Origin: a bacterium
Lineage (GTDB): Bacteria > UBA8248 > JACPRG01 > G963555815
Assembly (NCBI GenBank): GCA_965218795.1
Contig: OZ244653.1
Location: 1,792,001-1,856,000, forward strand
Length of the DNA: 64,000 nt
Reading direction: 5' to 3'
The translations under genes were made by a program, and so were the position numbers. Position 1 is the first letter of the stretch, and every line of letters starts with the position of its first letter. Below the pieces are notes generated by a model that was given only the letters and a program-made list of their open reading frames with translations, made no database searches and was not told the origin of the DNA. Positions 42,454-49,540 of this stretch are shown in pieces.

Positions 42454-43464
42454 ATGGCTGATCGATACAACCGGGTCGCTCTCTATCTGCAAGACGCCCA
42501 TCCTCCCCGCGAGGGCATGAAGATCGTCCAATACGCGGAAGAGCGGGGCTTTGAGGCGGTCTGGCAGGCGGAATCTCGCCTGGTCCGCGAGTGCACCATC
42601 CCCCTGGCCGCCTTCGCCGCGGTGACCGATCGGATCAAGGTAGGGTCCGGCGTCATCAGCATGTGGACCCGCAATCCGGCCTTCATCGCGCAGACCTTCT
42701 ATACCCTGGATGATCTGGCCCCTGGCCGCGTGCTGCTCGGTATCGGCGCCTGGTGGGAGCCCCTGGCCACCAAGGTCGGCGTGAAGCGTAGAAAATCCCT
42801 CCAGGCCATGCGGGAAATCGTCGAAGTCAGCCGCCGGCTCTTCCGGATGGAGCGGGTGACGTTGAAGGGCGAATACGTCAACGTAGAGGACATCCAGATC
42901 GATCCGATTTACGGGGCCGACCAGCCCCGGGATATCCCCATCTACATCGGGGCGACCGGGATGAAAATGATGGAACTGACCGGGGAGATCGGCGACGGTG
43001 TCGTGCTGAATTATCTGGTTTCTGAATCCTACAACGCCGATGCCATGGAAGCGCTGAAGCGGGGAGCCGAGAAGGCGGGGCGGACGGTCAATGACATCGA
43101 CCGGCCGCAGCTCGTCGTCTGCTCGTTGGATGAGAACCGCGAGCAGGCCCTGGACAACGCGCGGAAAATGGTCACCCTCTACCTGGGTCAGCAGCCCCAC
43201 ATCATGAAGGCCAGCGGCGTTTCACAGGAGTTAATCGATGAGGTCAACAAGATCGTCGGATGGCCCGCGGACGAATCAAAGCTTCTGGATGCCAAGCACC
43301 TGGTCACTGATGACATCGTGCAAAAAGTGGCCGCGGCCGGATCACCCGAGGAGTGCCGCGCCAAGGTCCGGCAATATTGCGATTCCGGTTGCACCTGCCC
43401 GATCCTCTATCCGCTGGGGGACGACCCGAAAGCGATGATCGACGCCTTCGCAGACGGCTTTTGA
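42454..43464 (+). CDS. LLM class flavin/F420-dependent oxidoreductase
   Basis: GFEAVWQAESRL, TLDDLAPGR..LGIG, PIYIGA, GEIGDGV. Confidence 0.92.
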   Translation: MADRYNRVALYLQDAHPPREGMKIVQYAEERGFEAVWQAESRLVRECTIPLAAFAAVTDRIKVGSGVISMWTRNPAFIAQTFYTLDDLAPGRVLLGIGAWWEPLATKVGVKRRKSLQAMREIVEVSRRLFRMERVTLKGEYVNVEDIQIDPIYGADQPRDIPIYIGATGMKMMELTGEIGDGVVLNYLVSESYNADAMEALKRGAEKAGRTVNDIDRPQLVVCSLDENREQALDNARKMVTLYLGQQPHIMKASGVSQELIDEVNKIVGWPADESKLLDAKHLVTDDIVQKVAAAGSPEECRAKVRQYCDSGCTCPILYPLGDDPKAMIDAFADGF

Positions 43465-43468
43465 AGGG

Positions 43469-43532
43469 CGTTTTCCCGCCCTTCCCTTTCCCAGGGGGAG
43501 AGGGTGGCCGAAGGTCGGGTGAGGGCGTTCGA
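43469..43532 (+). repeat. 64-bp REP-like repeat, copy B
   Basis: 57/64 identical to 42166-42229 by manual alignment. Confidence 0.8.
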
Positions 43533-43739
43533 GAATACATAGGGAAAAACGCGGGAGGCGTGATGATCGAGATGCCCGCAGCAAGACTTTTCTCTCGCGA
43601 CACCGGGCGCCATTCACGGGTGTCCTGCGCCAATTCCTGCGGACATTCCTTCCAGTCCGGAAGGTCGAACAATGATTCGAAACCTTCCCTGGGTCCCCGG
43701 AATCACGGTGTCGGCCCTCCTCTTGGCCTCGTCGAGGCG

Positions 43740-43889
43740 CTGGACTGCACCTCCGCCGGGCTCGACCGGATGGACCGCGCCGCGTTCTTTGCCCGCTTCA
43801 ACAAAGGCGAGACGGCGCCCTATTTCTACGAGCCGTTTCTCGAAGCCTTCGATCCGAACCCGCGCAAGCAGCCCGGCGTCTGGTATCCT
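43740..43889 (+). pseudogene. fragment of a type ISP restriction-modification/N6-methyltransferase gene
   Basis: DRAAFFARFNKGE..YFYEPFLEAFDP..RKQ.GVWY resembles the YE.FL..DP..RK..GV.YTP motif. Confidence 0.7.
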
Positions 43890-43900
43890 CTACGGCTAGG

Positions 43901-43921
43901 CATCTTCCCGAACAAAAGATA
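43901..43921 (+). repeat. 21-bp direct repeat, copy 2 (att-like), upstream of the integrase pair
   Basis: CATCTTCCCGAACAAAAGATA followed by an AT-rich tract. Confidence 0.55.
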
Positions 43922-44114
43922 ATTTTAGAATGTCATCCCTCTGCCAAGCAAGCGCCTGAATGCGTCATGCTAGGATAATTATCTGTATTTATTCGATTAT
44001 TTCCGTTATCCACCCACCTCCAGCCCCTTGCATTCCCGTCACGCCTGTGCTCAAATACGCACCAGTTCGATGCATCCCGTGTGCGATTTGATTACGGATC
44101 CTCCGGAGCAAACC

Positions 44115-45299
44115 ATGCCCAGACGAAGCGAGCTCAGGATCACCAAACGCGCCGTGGACGCGCTCACCGTCGAAGTTGAGGACGCCGTGTTCTGGGACCG
44201 GGACCTCCCGGGCTTCGGAGTGCGTGTCCATGCCACCGGCCGCAAGGTCTACGTGGTCCAGTCCCGGGGGCCGGCCGGACCGAAGCGCGTGACCCTCGGG
44301 CGTCATGGGGACATGTCGGCCGACGAGGCGAGGAAGCGGGCGGCGGTGGTCATCGACCGCATCAAGCAAGGCGAGGACCCCGTGCCCGTGCCGCCCGAGC
44401 CTGAGCTCACCGTATCCGATCTGGCCGAACGGTTCATGAGCACCCATGTCAACGTCCATTGCAAGCCGAAGACCGTTGCAACGTACCGGAGCGTCCTCGA
44501 CAAGCACATTCTACCCATCCTGGGTGACAAGGCCATCAGCGAGGTCGGACGAAGGGATATCTCGGCATTGCATCACCGACTCCACGACACGCCTGCCATG
44601 GCCAACCAGACCGTCAAGCTTGTGTCGAAGATGTACTCATTGGCGGAAGCCTGGGGAAGAATACCGCCCGGCCGGAACCCGTGCGGGTCGGTACGCCGCT
44701 ACAAGGAGAGATCGCGCGAGCGGTTCCTGACGCCGGAGGAGTTCCGGCGGCTGGGAAGGGTGTTGCAGGAGTCGGAAACGGACGGCTCGGTGTGGCCTCC
44801 GGCCATTGCGGCGATACGCCTGCTCATGCTGACCGGATGCCGGAAGAGCGAGATCCTGACACTTCGCTGGGAAGACGTGGACTGTACGGCTGGGGAGCTG
44901 AGGCTCAGGGACGCCAAGGCGGGTCCGCGCATGGTTCCCTTGACCATACCCGTGCTGACGGTGCTCGACCGTATCCCTCGTATCGATGGCACTCCCTGGG
45001 TGCTTGTGGGACAAAGGCAGGGGACCGGCCTGACCAAGCTCGACAACTACTGGCAATCCATCCGGGCAAGGGCCGGACTGGATGACGTACGGATCCACGA
45101 CTTGAGACACTCGTATGCCTCAAAGGCCCTGGCCCTTGGCGAGAGCCTGCCCACGATTGGCAAGCTGCTCGGTCACCGGAAGGTGGGGACAACAGCGCGT
45201 TATGCGCACCTGATGCGGGACGCGGAGAAGGAGGCCGCCACCCGGGTGGGGGACAGCATCGGCGCCCATCTTGGGCCCCGGAGCACCGAAGCGGCATGA
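44115..45299 (+). CDS. tyrosine recombinase/integrase with N-terminal Arm DNA-binding domain
   Basis: WDRDLPGFGVRV..TLGRHG Arm domain; TGCR, HDLRH, LLGH, TTARY catalytic residues. Confidence 0.95.
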   Translation: MPRRSELRITKRAVDALTVEVEDAVFWDRDLPGFGVRVHATGRKVYVVQSRGPAGPKRVTLGRHGDMSADEARKRAAVVIDRIKQGEDPVPVPPEPELTVSDLAERFMSTHVNVHCKPKTVATYRSVLDKHILPILGDKAISEVGRRDISALHHRLHDTPAMANQTVKLVSKMYSLAEAWGRIPPGRNPCGSVRRYKERSRERFLTPEEFRRLGRVLQESETDGSVWPPAIAAIRLLMLTGCRKSEILTLRWEDVDCTAGELRLRDAKAGPRMVPLTIPVLTVLDRIPRIDGTPWVLVGQRQGTGLTKLDNYWQSIRARAGLDDVRIHDLRHSYASKALALGESLPTIGKLLGHRKVGTTARYAHLMRDAEKEAATRVGDSIGAHLGPRSTEAA

Positions 45300-46504
45300 G
45301 ACTTGAATACAAGACCCTCTCGAACAGAACGGTCGAGAAGCTGAAGGTCCAAAAGGACACGGTGTTCTGGGATCACGAGCTCACCGGCTTCGGTGTGCGG
45401 GTCTATCCCACTGGGAGCAAGGTCTATATCGCCCAGGCCCGGGGACCTGGGGGACCGAAGCGGGTCACGGTGGGCCGTCACGGGGTGATCGGCGCGGAGC
45501 AGGCGCGCCAGCGGGCGGCCCTGATCATCGCCCGGGTCAAGGCGGGCGAGGAACTTCTGCCGGAACCGATGAAGCCGGCCGGAGGTCCCACCGTGGGCGA
45601 GCTTGCGAGGCGGTATCTCGAAGAGCATGTGGATATCCGGTGCAAGCCGAGAACCGCGGCGTCTACCCGGACGGTGGTGAACCGTCATATCGTCCCCGCC
45701 CTGGGCAAGGTTCCGCTGATAGTGGTCAACCGCACACAGGTCGTGGAGCTGCATCAACGCCTGTGCGGGATCCCTTCCGTTGCGAACACGGTGGTCCGCA
45801 CCCTGTCGCTGATGTACAGGCTGGCCGAGGGCTGGGGGCTCGTTCCGGAGGGATGCAACCCCTGCCGCTCCGTGGTCAAGTACCCCGCGCGCAAGCGGGA
45901 GCGGTTCCTGACCGATGGGGAGTTCACTCGATTAGGAGAAGTATTGGACGAGGCCGAGGCCCGGGGAGAGGCATCGGCGGCGGCGGTAGCGGCCATCCGT
46001 CTGCTCATGCTGACCGGATGCCGGAAGAACGAGATCCTGTGCCTGCGCTGGGAGGACGTGGCGCTGGATGAGAAGGAATTGAGGCTGCCCGACGCAAAGA
46101 CGGGCGCCAGGGTGGTTCCATTGTCGCCCTCGGCAATGAAGCTTCTTTCCGGCCTGCCTCGAGAACCGGGCAACCCCTGGGTCATTCCCGGCCGGAAGCC
46201 GGGCACGCACATGAGCAACGTGGATCAGGCCTGGACGGTCATCCGGGCGCGGGCCAGCCTGGAGGACGTCCGGATTCATGACCTGCGTCACTCGTATGCC
46301 AGCCGCGCACTGGCGCTGGGCGAGAGCTTACCCATGATTGGGAAACTCCTGGGCCACAGCCAGGTGGAGACCACGGCTCGGTACGCGCATCTGGCCCGGG
46401 ATTCGGTGCAGGAGGTCGCGGAGCGGATCGCCGGGAGTATCGCGACCGACATTCTGGACGAAGGCTGGGAGCATGCTTCCGGACAAAACCCGGCGCATGC
46501 TTGA
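45296..46504 (+). CDS. tyrosine recombinase/integrase, tandem paralog
   Basis: WDHELTGFGVRV, TGCR, HDLRHSYAS, LLGH, TTARY; ATGA overlap. Confidence 0.95.
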   Translation: MRLEYKTLSNRTVEKLKVQKDTVFWDHELTGFGVRVYPTGSKVYIAQARGPGGPKRVTVGRHGVIGAEQARQRAALIIARVKAGEELLPEPMKPAGGPTVGELARRYLEEHVDIRCKPRTAASTRTVVNRHIVPALGKVPLIVVNRTQVVELHQRLCGIPSVANTVVRTLSLMYRLAEGWGLVPEGCNPCRSVVKYPARKRERFLTDGEFTRLGEVLDEAEARGEASAAAVAAIRLLMLTGCRKNEILCLRWEDVALDEKELRLPDAKTGARVVPLSPSAMKLLSGLPREPGNPWVIPGRKPGTHMSNVDQAWTVIRARASLEDVRIHDLRHSYASRALALGESLPMIGKLLGHSQVETTARYAHLARDSVQEVAERIAGSIATDILDEGWEHASGQNPAHA

Positions 46505-46546
46505 AGAGTATGAGATTACATCTGGAACCGTTCTTGGGGGGCAGGT

Positions 46547-46688
46547 CATGACCGCCCGCGAGACGGGCTTCGCGGCCACCGTGATTTCCTCGCCGGTGAA
46601 GGGCGAGATCATCTTGCGCGCCTTTCTTGCCGGCTTGCGCACCGCCTTGATTTTCAGAAGGCCGGGAAGCGTGAACGTTCCCGCCGCC
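46547..46688 (-). pseudogene. HU-like DNA-binding protein fragment
   Basis: AAGTFTLPGLLKIKAVRKPARKARKMISPFTGEEITVAAKP; no start, both ends missing. Confidence 0.75.
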
Positions 46689-46827
46689 TAGTTCCGGAAG
46701 GCGCACGAGGGCCATCGACCGCAGCACGGGCTGCCATTTGCCAAAATTGAAATATCCCATGGCTCAAAAAATTTCCGTTTCACAACCCGTGTGAGACACG
46801 TGCATCCTACCAAGTGATCAAACTCTG

Positions 46828-47157
46828 GTGTGGAGGCGCTTGAAGTTCCGTACCCAGGCCGAGGCGCGCAGGGCGCTCTTCCAATACATCGAGGGCTGGT
46901 GCAACCCACGCCGCCGCCCTTCGGCCCTGGGTGACCTCAGCCCGAACGAATTCGAACGCGCCGCGGCGAAGGCAACGCTCATCGTCCGTCTCGAACCGTC
47001 CCCGGCGCTTCCCGGAGCGGCGAGCCGGAGGCAAAGACATACCCTCCGGGGGACCTTACCTACGGTATAGGGAGAAGACTTTACTTCCACCGCCTATCGT
47101 CCACCTCTGTGCGGGGGACGATAACCATAAACTGTCCACGAAACCGGGGGGACTCCA
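46828..47157 (+). mobile_element. IS3-family 3' remnant with terminal inverted repeat
   Basis: FRTQAEARRALFQYIEGW.N.RRR.SALG.LSP.EFE; end CTGTCCACGAAACCGGGGGACTCCA. Confidence 0.8.
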
Positions 47158-47327
47158 CCAGGACGAAAAGGAGGGCATAAACATATCGAAGAAGGGTGTC
47201 CCCTGAGTTCATTCTTGCCGCCTCGCAGCGCGAACTGGTATGTTGACGCTCCTGTGAACGGGTGATTTCGCCGGATCCGCGTCATCAATTCATCATCATT
47301 TCCCAAATGAGAGAGGGGGTCTTTCAC

Positions 47328-49187
47328 ATGCTTCGTCATTTTCGCCTGCTCGGCGTTCTTCTTCTCGTTCCCGTCCTCGCCGGTAGCGCCTGGGCCCAGA
47401 GCTTCAGCAACTTCTTCGTGTTCGGCGCCAGCCTGAGCGACACCGGCAATATAGCCCAGCGGGAAGGGCTGCCAGCGGGCAGCAGCTTCACCACCAACCC
47501 CGACCCGCTCGCCGCCGAGATCATCGCGCAGACCTTCGGCGCATCGGGCAGGCACTCCCTCGCCGGCGGACCGAACTACGCCTGGAGCGGCGCCTGTGTG
47601 CGCCCGGAGGGCCCGTGCCGCAATCCAGTGCCGACAATCACGGAGCAGGTCGACCAGCACCTCTCCTCACGGGCGGGCGGGCGAGCCGACCCGGACGCGC
47701 TCTACTTCCTGTGGGCCGGCCTCAACGATATCAATGACGCGTTGTTCGTGGATCCAGCCAATGCGCAGACCCACGCATTGGCGGCCGCCGCCGCTCATGC
47801 CGGGCAGGTCCGGCGTCTCCAGGAAGCCGGGGCCCGCTATATCGTGGTGCCCAACCTGCCCGATCTCAGCGTGATCCCATTCGCCGCCAACCTGCCTCCG
47901 GCTCTCCGGGGAGCGCTGACCGCACTGAGCGCCGCCTATAACGAGGTGGTCTATACCGGTCTGCGAGAGAGAGAGGATGGCATCATCCCCATCAATATCC
48001 TGGCCCTGACCGAGGAGTTACTCGAAAGTCCCCAGACGTACGGCTTCACCAACGTCCGGGAAACGGCCTGCCCCCTGAACGCGAATCCCCTGACGGACCG
48101 CAGCCCGGTCTCGCTCGTATGCGGTCCGGAGGGCTCGGGTTATCCCAAGACCTACGCCCCCGGCGCCAATCAGCGCTACCTGTTCGCGGACGACAAACAT
48201 CCGAGCGGCGCGGCTCACGCGATCATCGCCCGCGTGGTCACCTCCACCCTCGCCGCTCCGGTCCAGGTTTCACTGGTCGGCGAGGCGGGCGTCGATGTGG
48301 CGGGGGTTCACCGCGGCGCCGTGTCCACGGAGCGGATGGCGGATTTCGCCCTTGACCGACCCGTCGGGAGCTGGCGCGGCTACGTAACGGGAGGCATCGG
48401 CAAGCATGAGCTTGACGTTCTGCCGCGCCTGGGCGAAACGCGGGCCAACACGCAGGTGCTCACGCTGGGGGCCAACCGCCGGGCGGGGGCCGACTTGCAC
48501 TGGGGCGCCGCATTGAGCCTCGCTCGCCACGACAACGACGTCACGGGCGCGAGCCTCGACAGCACCGTGGTGCTCGGCTCGCTGCACGGAACGTGGCGTA
48601 CCGGTGGCCTCCACCTGAGCGGCGCCCTGAGCGGGGGCAGGACATCGGTGGACATCGAGCGCTCGATCCGCCTTGGACCGGCGCGGCGCCCCGAGCGCGG
48701 CTCCACCAGCGCCGTTCAGTTCGGGACCGAACTCGACCTGGGCTGGCTCTTCGGTGAACCCGCGGCTCTTCGGCACGGTCCCTTCCTCGGTTTCGTCTGG
48801 ATCGATCAGAAGGTCAAGGGCTACCGGGAGAGCGGGCGCTCCTCCACCTCGATGAACTTCTCCGACTTCGAGCGCGATTCCCTCATCGCGCGCGGCGGCT
48901 ACCAGCTCACCTGGCGCCTCGGCGGCGGGGTCCGCCCCTACGCCCGCGTCACCTATGAGAGGGAACTCAAGGACGACCCCATCCTGGTCACCGCGGGTTC
49001 CAACACCCTGCCCGGGCGCTTCACCCTCCCGGGCTTCGCGCCGCCGCGCCAGTCGGTGAGCGCCGACCTTGGCCTGAGCGCGAAACTGACCGAGCGCGCG
49101 AGCGTCCTCGCGGGCTACGCCGGACGCTTCGGCGACGGGTCGCGTCAGGACCACCAGCTGTCTCTCGTTCTGCGCATTGCCTTCTGA
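47328..49187 (+). CDS. autotransporter SGNH/GDSL esterase (EstA-like)
   Basis: signal peptide (AWA|Q), FGASLSDTGN, NYAWSGA, GLND, FADDKHP, C-terminal beta-barrel ending in F. Confidence 0.92.
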   Translation: MLRHFRLLGVLLLVPVLAGSAWAQSFSNFFVFGASLSDTGNIAQREGLPAGSSFTTNPDPLAAEIIAQTFGASGRHSLAGGPNYAWSGACVRPEGPCRNPVPTITEQVDQHLSSRAGGRADPDALYFLWAGLNDINDALFVDPANAQTHALAAAAAHAGQVRRLQEAGARYIVVPNLPDLSVIPFAANLPPALRGALTALSAAYNEVVYTGLREREDGIIPINILALTEELLESPQTYGFTNVRETACPLNANPLTDRSPVSLVCGPEGSGYPKTYAPGANQRYLFADDKHPSGAAHAIIARVVTSTLAAPVQVSLVGEAGVDVAGVHRGAVSTERMADFALDRPVGSWRGYVTGGIGKHELDVLPRLGETRANTQVLTLGANRRAGADLHWGAALSLARHDNDVTGASLDSTVVLGSLHGTWRTGGLHLSGALSGGRTSVDIERSIRLGPARRPERGSTSAVQFGTELDLGWLFGEPAALRHGPFLGFVWIDQKVKGYRESGRSSTSMNFSDFERDSLIARGGYQLTWRLGGGVRPYARVTYERELKDDPILVTAGSNTLPGRFTLPGFAPPRQSVSADLGLSAKLTERASVLAGYAGRFGDGSRQDHQLSLVLRIAF

Positions 49188-49540
49188 GATGCTTAGTGGG
49201 GAGCTCACCAGCAGACACACTTATCTTGATTGCCGCAGCAAGACTTGGAAAACCGTTTTCCTGAAAATGGGCGAGACCCTTCACTACAACTACTGGCATA
49301 CCAAAGAGCAACGATGTAAGAGGGCCTCTTACACGCGCGGCGTAGATTCAAGGCGATATGTGTGGGGCTAGCAGGGTGCTGAAAAGTCTCTGGTGTACTA
49401 TTAGATGTCGCGTTCTCTGGTCTTGCGGTGATGGTGCAGGAGGTTGGGATGCGGGGCCGGGACGAGCGCGGCGGCGGGCGCAACGATTCGGACCTCGAAC
49501 GCCACGAAGGACCGTATGGCTCAGATGCTGGGGGACTGAC

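Noticed and set aside
43901-43931. Possible dif (XerCD) site
   Set aside because: Only a vague 11-6-11 resemblance; the conserved XerD arm TTATGTTAAAT is not present.
43896-49371. CTAG tetramers at several fragment junctions (43896, 46688, 49368)
   Set aside because: Suggestive of IS630/IS5-type target scars, but CTAG also occurs at ordinary stop codons in the window and enrichment cannot be shown by eye.
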